Of a stretch of DNA of 64,000 bases, positions 32,298 through 43,366 are shown in pieces. The stretch lies in assembly GCA_046563655.1 (NCBI GenBank), contig JAJCTO010000010.1:620001-684000 (forward strand), written 5' to 3'. The DNA is from Yuukianura sp. NJ FZ-2021 (Eukaryota). Under the pieces are notes generated by a model, which made no database searches, was not told the origin of the DNA, and worked only from the letters and a program-made list of their open reading frames with translations. Position 1 is the first letter of the stretch; every line of letters starts with the position of its first letter. The position numbers and the translations under genes are program-made.

Positions 32298-33366
32298 TCA
32301 AGGTAACTCCTGAATCGGAGATTTAAACGCGGGATGCGAGGATTGAGAAGATGAGATATCTGCTTGTCGGAGGATTAGATAGTGTTCCCAGAATCGGGAT
32401 TTTAGGTTGTCGGAGGATTAGGCAGGGTTCCCTGAATCGGGATTTTAGGTTGTCAGAGGATTAGGTAGGGTTCCCTGAATCGGGAAATCAGGGAAGAGGG
32501 TGGAGAGTGACCAAACCTCGGAAACGGCAGAAATGTCAGATTTGACGTGTTAACCGATTAATTTGCCGTTAACAGGGTCAAGTCAGTTATAGTTACAAGT
32601 GATTTGGATAGCGGACTTACTACTGGATGATCTAGGTGACTTTTAACTTGTTCGCCGGCTTATACAGAGGTACTGGAGCAGCTGGGGTGTCGATCCGATT
32701 AGTGTCAGCTGATTAAGAATAGTGGAAGTTGTTTTTACCATTAAGTGTTGTTAACCGATTCCAAACGGTGAGTCTTTGATTTCAGTCGATGCAGTAGCGA
32801 ATTCCGAGTGTTTTGATGTATGTCACTTGCAGGTAGGTCGATTATTTCACTGCTAAAAAAATGAGTTTGTCGGGAGCTCGCAATCCTTTGGCGACTTCGC
32901 GTCTGGACTTTCTCAGCGACTTTAGAAAAACCGTCAATACAAGTCAACAAGAACTTATGATTCGTATTTGCTTCAGAATACTTTGAAATATCGATTAGAT
33001 CAATTATATACTGATATCTTATGGACGGTATAAAAACTTTTCGTCTTTTGTAGCGTTTCCGAGCCGGTTTGTGAAGAGTATAAGCTGGAATTTGTTCTAA
33101 TGCTTTTAGTACATCAGTTTTTGTGACCCCACTCTTCTTTTGAACTTTAAAAGTTCCTTCTAATCCTGAAAATGCAAAACTTGAACGAGGATTGACGTAA
33201 TCCTTGCGTATTTTTTCTATTAAATGTTTCTGCTCCATTATCTAAATGAAATCTGACCCTAAGACTTGAAAATGCCAAACGTTTTATATGAGAGGTATAC
33301 ACACAATGAAATGAGTCATTTGAAGTTTCAACATGAAGCTGGCCACACGCATAAGTTCACACAATC

Positions 33367-34705
33367 ATGTCTACAACTGTGAAAGAAAACTCAGACTTTT
33401 TGAGATATTTAATCAAGTGTTCACCACAACAAAGAAAAGCGTTAATTAAATATGCTAGTAGTGGTGAAGTCAAAAGTATTTGTGAATGTGTTTTGAATAT
33501 ATACAAAAAAAATGTTGGTCTAAAAAAGTCTACAGTTGAAAAGTTACGTCCATTCAAAAGAACAATACTTTCAATTGTAAAGAAGAGACGCTCATCATTG
33601 GCAAAAAAGAAAAAACTTTTGTCTCAAAGGGGTGGTGCAATAATTCCGTTGCTATTAGGATCTATGATCCCAAGTGTTCTATCAGCCATCTTTCAAAAAA
33701 TGAAACGAATGCGTCTAATATCGGAATCAGAGTACAAGAACAAGTATGAAGAACCAAACAAAAGTTCCATAGAGTCACCAAAGATTGTGGGGGGTGAAGA
33801 TGAAGATTTGGAACACAAGAAGCAAACAATTTTATCAGTTGACGATGTACCAGATGATATCAAAGCTCTTTTATACTATGATTTTTCTCGCCGCCTACTC
33901 CAAAAAAAAAATTTTGTCAAATCGGCCAGTTTTAGTCAAGTCTATTTCTGAAACTAGTTCAAATTTGACATCAACTTCAAACACCAGTAGCAACAACAAC
34001 AACAACAACAATCAATCCAACTTGGTACAAAAAATTGAGTATGTTACAGAACCATACATTTTAAAACAAGTACCAGGAAAGGATGCCAAAAAGTTTATAA
34101 ACTTTATGAAATTGAGTAACATCAGCTGGAATTCAGACTTGGAAATTTTGATTGATAATAAGCGAATTCCTTCTTCAAATATCATCAATGTCCTCTCTCA
34201 ATTTATTTCATTTAAAAAGAAAAATTTGACCGAAAGGCAAAAACAAAATCTCCTATTTAATATACCAGTTGGATGGAATGAAGTTTATGAACATTTACAA
34301 AAATTTGAAGAAATCCAAACACCACCACAAACTGTTCGTAGAATTCTTGAAAAAGTACCAACAGGAGAAGTTGGTAGTAGAAGAGAAAATTTAACTACTA
34401 CAACAGTTGCCAGTGAACCAACAACCCCCCTTTCATCCCTTTTTAAAGGAGATTCTGAAGGAAATATTGAGGAGGAAGGGGATGATGATGATGATGTGGA
34501 AAGTAATACATTTGGTACACCACCAACCTTGTCTCCACAACAACATCAAAAATCATCTCCACTCAGATCTCTACCAATCGAAGACAGACTTCGAAAACGA
34601 GGAAACTTTACTACTACTACTACTACTACAAATGACAGTACAAAAAGTAAAAAAAAAATTGTCAAAAAACAACTTGCCAAAAGTTGGGAAGCATATAAAA
34701 ATTAA
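33367..34705 (+). pseudogene. Maverick PW-like and PZ-like genes, copy 1 (poly-A indels)
   Basis: Homologous to 43031-44365. Confidence 0.8.
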
Positions 34706-34852
34706 AAAAAAATTCTTTTTTTTCGTGTGTGTATTTGAAAAAAAAAATCCTTGCTTCCATGCTTGCAGGGATGCGCGCGCGCGCGGTCCCTGCTTTATCA
34801 TGGTGGGTTTTAAACCCAACAATGCTACGCTGGGTGTTACTCCCTGCCTGTT

Positions 34853-35036
34853 AGTAGCATGATAAGTGTGTCCAAGAACGTAAAACGTTTTAATTTCGAT
34901 TGGTGACTCAAGGTAAATTGCATTCTGTTTTTAAGTTTGAGGGTTTCAGGCATGAGTCATTGAGTATGGTTTATGTATCCTATTCCGGAATACGTTTCCT
35001 TTCGTAAGGTGACTAAGCGAAATAAGGCGGGAATAA
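34853..35036 (+). repeat. Left TIR of Maverick copy 2
   Basis: Inverted match to 52834-53018. Confidence 0.95.
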
Positions 35037-35284
35037 GTCATGCAATTATGCAAGGTTAAATGATGGCATTTTAAGATCTTTGGAAGACTTGTATTTGGTC
35101 CAAAGTCCGACCTGTTTTCAAGGACGGATGTGAGTCACGACCTTAAGTGCACACGTGCGTACAAAGTCCAGAATTGTATTTTCATCATCATTTCAACTTG
35201 TACTATTACTAGTCGACCCTAAAATTAGGTTTTGCGCAGGTATATATAGTTAGGTTTGAGTTGTAAGAAATCAGTCAAAGAAAT

Positions 35285-36215
35285 ATGGAGGTTCTCATGA
35301 GTTATGAGGGGAGATTACAAACTTTTCAGAACGCTCAACTAAGATGGCCATTGAATTTTGTGACCCCGGAAGCATGTTCGTTTGCGGGATTTTACTACCT
35401 CGGAGTAGATGACAAGGTGGGTAATTTTCAGCTTTATGTGAAAAGATAACGTGGGTAGATGACATGGTGGGTAATTTGCAAATTTCTTTAAAATTTAAAA
35501 AAAAAGTGTTAATGTTTTCTCTGTCGTAAATCAGGTTGCGTGTCCGTATTGCCGAGGTGTCGTCGGGGAGTGGGTGGTTGGTGATGAGCCGTTGTTGGAG
35601 CACCGCAAACATTTCCCACGTTGTCCTTATGTTGTGGTCATGACCGGTCTACTATCCGGGGTTGGGTTTGTTACCGTTCCGGATGTAACTCGGACCCACG
35701 GAATCGAGGCGACCGGAGCAACGAGAATTGATGTTTTCGAATATGTGAGCACAGGAACCGGTATGCGCAGCGCGGTAGCTTCTGATGTTTCTACCGAACC
35801 TGACCAGCCGGGAACAGATGCTGCCAGTGCTGAAACGGGAGGAACCGAGTTGGTCGCAGCAACCGCGCCCGAAACCGACGTTCCCGGCGATGGAGGAGCC
35901 GATTTGGCCGGGGCTGCAACACGTAACGTGGCAGAAATAACTACCCTCGAAACTAATATACCCAGTGTAAGAGGAACTGATGTTGCCGGGACAACTGAAC
36001 ACGTTTTAACAGCGGCATCCGGCGCTTTGGTTTCTGGTGTTAGGAAAGACGACTCTGGCAACAGCCTTACTTGTAAGATTTGTTGGGACAAAGAAGCTTG
36101 CGACGTGTTCTTGCCATGTAAACATTTGGTTGCATGTCGTAAATGTTCATTGTCATTAAAAAGTTGTGCAGTTTGCAGAGAACCTATACTAATTAGATTT
36201 AGGGTGTATACCTAG
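35285..36215 (+). CDS. iap: Inhibitor of apoptosis (single BIR, low-complexity linker, C3HC4 RING), 270 aa; exons 35285-35416 and 35535-36215
   Basis: Spliced product RLQTF..WP..AGFYYLGVDDK|VACPYC..W..GDEPLLEHRKHFPRC; RING CKIC..FLPCKHLVAC..C..CAVCR; TATA at 35241 and TCAGT Inr at 35271. Confidence 0.93.
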
Positions 36216-36459
36216 TCAAGTGTTGATATTTTGTGTCAAGTTTCCCAAGTCCTCCCACAACCCAATTCAAGTAAATGTTGAATTGAGTTGTGGGATGACT
36301 TTTGTTGCTGTGAGTTCGAATCCTACGTTGAGAAATGAATAAAAAAAAATCGATTCAAGTTTTATGTTTTCGTTTGAGGTACGTTTTGTGAATTACTATT
36401 TAATGAAGTGAAAGTTTTGAGGAAGTGAGCATTTGTTGTGCGGGCTAAGAGGAAGAAGC

Positions 36460-39400
36460 ATGGAAGGAATACACAGATTTGTATGTGACAATTGTGGAGA
36501 ACGTTTCGATTCACAAGATTCCTTTTGGGATCACGCTTTTGAACGTCATGTTTACGACCTTCGCATACCACGTCAAGGTATTTTGCTTTAAAAAAAAACA
36601 TTCGCTTTGGAGTATCTTATGAAGTTGTTTAAATTTGGTTAGAGTGGGAACCAAATGACGAACAAGTTGCGGGTCCAAGTCGTCCCAGGGTACCAGTCAA
36701 TGACGAATCTGGAGCAAGGAATTTGGAAAGACCAGTTGACCCAACTGTTGATGAAATTTTAGAAGGGCTGCTTGATTACGAAGGTAGTAGCAACAGAACA
36801 GAAATAGAGCGAAGTAGATGGCTTTGTGTTGAAATTAAGAAATTGATGTTTTTTGTAGAAGAATTGTCAGAAACTCAACAATCGGCCATCAATGCAGACT
36901 TGTCAAACTTTCGCGAGAGGTTCTGTTCATATTGCGCGATCAAGTTTGAGAACGCAGGAGAGCTCGACTACCATCGGTTTGAGTTTCATCGCGAACTCTA
37001 CACTGATCAACTGCAAGGTCAACAGTGGGGAGGAACTCAAAGTGGGCTAGAGATTCGAGAAGTTCAGAGGGCCGGACGTCGACGAAATGGCGCTGACGCT
37101 GGTATTGTACGTGAATTCGAGGTGGATTTGACTCCACAACTCTTTGCAGATGTGACGGGTGTGATGCGAAGTACAGCTAACGCACTGACAATTTTGGTGG
37201 AAGGACTTCTTCAGGAGTTTGGAGGCATCAAGTTGATTTGTACGTTGGTTGCAGAGATGACAAGAACATCAAGGGACCGACCAAGTGAAGCCGAGGTCGA
37301 AAGGTTTCCGTTCAATAGTTTTCTACATGGATGTTTTCATCAGAGTATGATTCAAACTATTCTGAGGCAAGTGTATTCTAAAATGAGATTGTCTATGGAA
37401 TCATTCGTGCACCACGGTTCGGGCTGGAAATTGAAGCGGTTCTTAGTACTTCAACTGAGAGTTTTTGAGTATAGGATGGACCGAGGGTCGAGTTGGATTC
37501 CGACTCCAAAAGTCATTCGCGACAAACGATGTATAAATATTCGTAACAATGACGAATTCTGCTTCAAGTACGCTATCATGGCAGAACTCAACCCGCTTTA
37601 CAAAGACCCAAATGTAGACTGGTACGCCTTTACCAATCCTAAAAATTATCAGATGGATCATTGTGAGATTGACTGGGGTTGTGTAAATTTTCCGATGACT
37701 ATCGCTCAACTTGACAAGTTCCACCACTTCAATCCACAGATTGCCGTAAATGTGTTTGGTTACGAACCTCGAGACGAACTTGCTCCAAGTTTGAAGGGGA
37801 AAAAGAAGATTGACATTTTTCCTCTCTACGTATGTCGTGAGGCAAGAGCTAAAAGTGTTGATTTGTTATTGTTAATCGACGGAAACAAGTCTCATTACAC
37901 ACTGTTGCGACAAAGTGATTACAATCCTACGGAGGGGCTGTCTCGATTGCTAGGAAAAGGTGAACGGTGGTATGAAAAGTTTGTGTGTCGTTTTTGTATG
38001 TGTTTTTCAAAAAGCGAAAAGAAATTGCAAAATCACCAAAAGTTTTGTGCGGCGTTGGACATACAACGCGTCGTTTTACCAACCGAAAAATACTTCACGT
38101 CAAAATTCATCGTGCAACGTCTTCCTGTGCCGTATGTCATATACTTAGACTTTGAAGCACTGTTAGTACCTACAGACGGGATTGGTACTCGACAAATTGG
38201 TGCCGTTTATAATGAACATTTAGACTGTGGGTGGTCAATGAGTATCATTGGGCCGGACGGTTATCTGGCGGACCGTGTTGTGACATTTTGTGGTCCGAAT
38301 GCTGCACTGAGGTTGGTTGACGAGCTCGTGTCTGTTGCCGGAAAGATATATCCAATTTTGAAAGAAGATGTAGGCCTCGACCCACGATGGACAGAATCTG
38401 ACTATGCTCACCTTTTGCTGGCTTCAACTCACTGTATTCATTGTGGACTGGAGTTTGTGGAAGGGGTTGACACTAAGTGCATTGACCACTGCCATGTTAC
38501 ATCAACCATTCGTGGAGTGAGTTGCGGTCCTTGTAACCTGAACGCCCAAGTTTGTTCATTCATTCCAGTTGTTTGTCATGGTTTTCGACATTACGATTCG
38601 AAATTTATTGTACAAGCGTTGCGTGCTAGTACAATGAAATCTGTGGAAGTTTTGGCGAGCAGCAGCACCGAGAAGTTTACTGCTCTTCGGTTGACAACCC
38701 ATGGAGGTCATGTTCTGCGAATGATTGATTCGTATCAGTTTATTAGTGCGAGCTTAGCAGAGCAAGTCAAAATGCTTGCCAAAGAAGGAAAAGACAAATT
38801 TGGTGTGACTTGTCATCATTTTCAACAGTACGGAAGTAAAATTGAATTACTTTTAAGAAAAGGGGTTTACCCTTACAGTTACTTTGACTCCATGGAGCGA
38901 TTTGATGAAACGTGTTTGCCACCTGCCGAAAAGTGGAAAAGCGATTTGACTGGAAAATCCATCAGTCCTGAAGATTTGGAACATGCGCATACGGTTTGGC
39001 GGGAATTTGGCTGTCAAACATTGAGAGATTATCACAACTTGTACGTTTCTCTTGATGTTTGCCTCCTGGCGGATTGTTTCCAGAATATGAGAAGAAGTAT
39101 GCTCGAGAGTTTCCGCCTGGATCCTGCTCACTACCTCACTCTTCCAGGAATAGCATACGACGCAGCAATGTTGGCAGGAAAAGTGGAGTACGAGTATCTG
39201 GATGAGATTGACAAGTACATGTATTTTGAACGCGGGATTCGGGGTGGAATTTGTTCTGTCGGACTACGTTATGCAAAAGCGAACAACCCTTACTTGGGGA
39301 ATTTATATGACCCCACGCTTCCATTGAGTTACATTTGCTACTGGGATGCAAACGCCTTGTACGCAACTTGTTTGAGGAACTACGTACCTTGGAAAGATTT

Positions 39401-40711
39401 TGTTTGGGAAAAGTCCTTGGAAAACAGAACAAGAAATTTGGATTGTGTTGTGAAGATGATCATGGATTTGGATGATTGTGGTCCGGAGGGATTAGTTTTG
39501 GAGGTAGATTTGGATTACCCACAAGAATTACATGATTCTCACAATGACTACCCATTAGCAGTAGAACGAAGTGAAATAACATACGAGTGGCTCTCTGACT
39601 ACACGAAAGAAGTTTTGAAGAACGTGGGGGCTACACCTGGATCTTGCAAAAAAACAAAACTTTTGGGGACGTTGTGTAACAAAACAAACTACATTGTCCA
39701 TTATCGACTTTTGAAGTTGTTTTTGGAGCTTGGACTGAAACTTGTGAAGGTTCACAGAGCCATACGGTTTACTCAGGCTCCATTATTTCGTGTATACACG
39801 GACATTTGTATAACACGTCGACGCGAAGCTACGAATCCGGTGGATAAGAACTTTTACAAGGCCATGGGAAACATTTTGGCGGGAAAAGTTTACCAGAATG
39901 TCCGGAAATATAGGCGGATCAACATTGCATTATCAAGAGAGAAGATGAGAGAGTATGCCCGAAAGCCAACCGTTGAGGACGTCAAAATCGTTCATGATGA
40001 GTGTGTTTTGTTTGTGATGAAAAAGTTGGCTGCTAGGCTGGACAAACCTATTTTTGTTGGACAGTGCATTTTGGATGATTCCAAATGTAGAATGTACAGC
40101 TTTTACTACAAGTGGTTAAAGCCGCGATATGGAGACAACATGAGGCTGATGTATACGGATACTGATAGTTTTTTGCTTCACATAAAGACGGAAGATGTTT
40201 ATGCAGATATTGCTGAAAGTGTGAGGAGGAATGAAGGCGTCTTTGACACATCAAAGTACGACAGAGCAAATGAAAAATTTGGATATTTGTGGAGCGAGCA
40301 ATTTGAAGGGGTTGGTGGTTGCTTCAAGGATGAATGCGCCAACGAAGTAATTTCGGAAGCAATAGCATTGAAGCCAAAAATGTATGCAATCAAGATGTTG
40401 AAGGAGGATGGGACCCAAACTCAGCTGAAGAAGGCAAAAGGAACAGTTCGCTCGGTTGTCGAGAATGAATTGGATTTTGAAGATTACAAAAAAGTTTTAG
40501 AAAACGGGCAGTTCAAGTCTTATAGTATGAATACAATTCGAAGTTTAAATCATCGTTTGTATACAACTACAATGTACAAAAAAGTTTGTCAGCATATGAA
40601 GATAAGAGTTTTTATTTGTCTCCAATTGATTCATTAAGATTTGGTCATTATAGAATTGAATTAGAAAAGAATTTGCATCAAATTGTAGACGGTATGGAAG
40701 AAGATGAATAA
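36460..40711 (+). CDS. Protein-primed family B DNA polymerase, ~1395 aa; exons 36460-36577 and 36643-40711; one-base poly-A frameshift near 40580
   Basis: Zn fingers, YLDFE exonuclease, endonuclease-VII-like C..C..DHCH..RG..C..CN, RKGVYPY, YWDANALY, YTDTDS, KPKMY; true C-terminus inferred from copy 1. Confidence 0.93.
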
Positions 40712-40769
40712 AGCCAATTCGACTAAATGTCCTTCCAGTTAGTAGTTGTTTGGAGTTTGATTTGTTAGG

Positions 40770-41429
40770 ATGGAAATCCAATGTTCATTGCAGCATCCGT
40801 TTGTCATGGTGTTGGCCGGTCCTACACAAAGTGGAAAAAGTACATTGATAAAAAAAGTTTTGGAACGTTTAGACGAAGTTGTTGAGCCAAAAATCAAGCG
40901 TGTAATCTACTGTTATGCCGAGGATGAGCCGGATTTTGCAAAAAGTTTAAAAGGAGTTAACAGGGGAAAAGAAATTGAAATTGATTTTCGCCAAGGTATG
41001 GATCACATTGATGTTGACATTGGAAACAAGACGCCAACCCTTGTTGTGTTGGATGACTTTATGGAAGACCTTGGATCATCTTTGGATATTTGTAGAATGG
41101 TTACTCGGGGTTCTCATCACCGTTCACTGTCTCTTATGATTACGATTCAAAATTTTTTCTTCAAAGGATGTAGGAATTTGACTTTAAATGCAAAATATGT
41201 TGCATTATTTCGAAATCCAAGGGATAAGACTATAATAAAATATTTGGGACGACAAATGAATGGCGGAAAATCAAATTCGACGCTAGAAGAAGCATTTGAG
41301 GATGCTACAAAGAACAAGCCAAATAGCTATTTATTTTTAGATATGTCTCAAAGTCAAAATGATGACTTTCGAATAAGATCAAATGTATTTGCAGATCCAG
41401 AATCTTGTATAGTATATTTGAAAAAGTAA
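40770..41429 (+). CDS. A32/FtsK-like genome packaging ATPase
   Basis: Walker A GPTQSGKS, Walker B VVLDD, RGSHH, TIQN, FRNPRD. Confidence 0.93.
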   Translation: MEIQCSLQHPFVMVLAGPTQSGKSTLIKKVLERLDEVVEPKIKRVIYCYAEDEPDFAKSLKGVNRGKEIEIDFRQGMDHIDVDIGNKTPTLVVLDDFMEDLGSSLDICRMVTRGSHHRSLSLMITIQNFFFKGCRNLTLNAKYVALFRNPRDKTIIKYLGRQMNGGKSNSTLEEAFEDATKNKPNSYLFLDMSQSQNDDFRIRSNVFADPESCIVYLKK

Positions 41430-41435
41430 CATACC

Positions 41436-41927
41436 TTAGTTTCGTTTCAACTTTGACAGTCCTTCTGTGAGACAATCAAATAAATGAATTGGAATCACAA
41501 CACTAGATCCAGCATCGTAAACATTTTTAATATGTAAATGTGTGAGCGGTCCTTGGTCATTTCCTTGTTCATTGCCAATGTAGAGCTGCCAACCATCTTC
41601 CAAATTTACTCGTGGTGGTGGATGTGGTTTAGGAAATTCTTGACGAACTTCAACAACCATTGCCAAAGATGTGACTTTACGAGGAATCTTGGGAATTCGA
41701 ACTCGTTTGCGTTGTTTTTTTCTTGGGTAGTATCCGTGAGTATATTTGGGTTTAGGTTAAGAAAATCTTGAATTGGAGAATCCATTTCGACTGGCTGGAG
41801 TTCCGACGTTTTATTGAGGTTACAGTTACAAGAAAAGGTTTCACAAACAGTAATTGTTGTAGTTGAATTTTTTGAAGCAAAAATTTGCAAAAGAACGCCA
41901 CAGAGAGCAAATTTGACACGAGCTCAT
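41436..41927 (-). pseudogene. Hypothetical protein, frameshifted counterpart of 26236-26730
   Basis: Homopolymer indels relative to copy 1. Confidence 0.55.
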
Positions 41928-41939
41928 GTCACGACGAAG

Positions 41940-42902
41940 TTAAACTGAAGACTGAGGAACGCGTTGCAGTTCTTCGTTGTAAAATATTCCAAATATGTCT
42001 TCACCTTTGCTGTCTTTTAACTTGTAAGTGACGGGAACGGAGTTGCAAACTTCAACAATCTGGAAAATTTCTTTTGTCCAGCTTTGGGCGTATCCCTTTT
42101 CAAAAAGTGTTTTATATTTACTAAGTAGTACGGAGTCTCCAACATTGAAGGTAGCAGGTTTCCGTTTCGTTTGGTTTTGTTTTGGTAAGTGTCCGTACAA
42201 ATTTAGAAATACTTCAGTTTTTGTGTCGTCATTGACTTGGTTTGGTGTACATTTTATGGAGCGATGATATGTGTTGTTGTATGAAGTTACAATATTTTGC
42301 AAAACATCTAAGAATTTTGTGGTCTGATTGTGTGTCATATATCTCGCCAACCTTCTCATTAATGTTTGGTTAAATCTTTCAACAATAACTGCCTTCAGTT
42401 CTGATCTAGTACTAAAGAATGAAACAGAGTATTGTTTTAAAAGCTGTTTAACATTTCGATTTAAAAATTCTTTCCCTTCGTCAAATTGAATTGACTTTGG
42501 AGGGCCTCTTTTCTTAAAGATTTTTTGTAAAGCGTTTGCTACTTGACTCCCAGTTTTATTTTTTAAAGGGATGACGTCAGCGACTTTAGAAAAACCGTCA
42601 ATACAAGTCAACAAGAACTTATGATTCGTATTTGCTTCAGAATACTTTGAAATATCGATTAGATCAATTATATACTGATATCTTATGGACGGTATAAAAA
42701 CTTTTTGTCTTTTGTAGCGTTTCCGAGCCGGTTTGTGAAGAGTATAAGCTGGAATTTGTTCTAATGCTTTTAGTACATCAGTTTTTGTGACCCCACTCTT
42801 CTTTTGAACTTTAAAAGTTCCTTCTAATCCTGAAAATGCAAAACTTGAACGAGGATTGACGTAATCCTTGCGTATTTTTTCTATTAAATGTTTCTGCTCC
42901 AT
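41940..42902 (-). CDS. Maverick retroviral-like (rve) integrase, 320 aa
   Basis: IDLID, IDGFSK, DEGKEF, ERFNQT, YNNTYHRSIK, FEKGY..W..E.F, G.FYNEELQ. Confidence 0.95.
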   Translation of the reverse strand: MEQKHLIEKIRKDYVNPRSSFAFSGLEGTFKVQKKSGVTKTDVLKALEQIPAYTLHKPARKRYKRQKVFIPSIRYQYIIDLIDISKYSEANTNHKFLLTCIDGFSKVADVIPLKNKTGSQVANALQKIFKKRGPPKSIQFDEGKEFLNRNVKQLLKQYSVSFFSTRSELKAVIVERFNQTLMRRLARYMTHNQTTKFLDVLQNIVTSYNNTYHRSIKCTPNQVNDDTKTEVFLNLYGHLPKQNQTKRKPATFNVGDSVLLSKYKTLFEKGYAQSWTKEIFQIVEVCNSVPVTYKLKDSKGEDIFGIFYNEELQRVPQSSV

Positions 42903-43030
42903 TATCTAAATGAAATCTGACCCTAAGACTTGAAAATGCCAAACGTTTTATATGAGAGGTATACACACAATGAAATGAGTCATTTGAAGTTTCAACATGA
43001 AGCTGGTCACACGCATAAGTTCACACAATC

Positions 43031-43366
43031 ATGTCTACAACTGTGAAAGAAAACTCAGACTTTTTGAGATATTTAATCAAGTGTTCACCACAACAAAGAA
43101 AAGCGTTAATTAAATATGCTAGTAGTGGTGAAGTCAAAAGTATTTGTGAATGTGTTTTGAATATATACAAAAAAAATGTTGGTCTAAAAAAGTCTACAGT
43201 TGAAAAGTTACGTCCATTCAAAAGAACAATACTTTCAATTGTAAAGAAGAGACGCTCATCATTGGCAAAAAAGAAAAAACTTTTGTCTCAAAGGGGTGGT
43301 GCAATAATTCCATTGCTATTAGGATCTATGATCCCAAGTGTTCTATCAGCCATCTTTCAAAAATGA
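43031..43366 (+). CDS. Small basic Maverick conserved protein (PW-like)
   Basis: ICECVLN, Lys-rich, QRGG followed by a hydrophobic C-terminal helix; label recalled from family pattern. Confidence 0.7.
   Translation: MSTTVKENSDFLRYLIKCSPQQRKALIKYASSGEVKSICECVLNIYKKNVGLKKSTVEKLRPFKRTILSIVKKRRSSLAKKKKLLSQRGGAIIPLLLGSMIPSVLSAIFQK

Larger units (their letters stand above)
27392..32912 (-). mobile_element. Full-length non-LTR retrotransposon (LINE; RTEX/L2-like, clade uncertain)
   Basis: 12-bp TSD TCAGCGACTTTA (27380-27391, 32913-32924); two intact ORFs; 3' end AATAAA followed by ATTGATTGA; long 5' UTR with tandem repeats. Confidence 0.93.
26743..33238 (-). pseudogene. Maverick integrase, copy 1, split by a LINE
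   Basis: Segments 32913-33238 and 26743-27391 rejoin to match 41940-42902. Confidence 0.93.
18606..34847 (+). mobile_element. Maverick/Polinton copy 1 (left ~9.7 kb only, disrupted by two insertions)
   Basis: Starts with the AGTAGCATGA terminus; colinear and near-identical to 34853-44508; stops abruptly before the capsid module. Confidence 0.95.

Noticed and set aside
33367..33951. 194-aa PW-PZ fusion or programmed frameshifting
   Set aside because: Caused by one extra A in a homopolymer; indels differ between the two copies, which fits decay or sequencing error.
43010..43030. Baculovirus-type late promoter ATAAG upstream of PW
   Set aside because: Single short motif, not repeated before the other structural genes, and no viral RNA polymerase is encoded.
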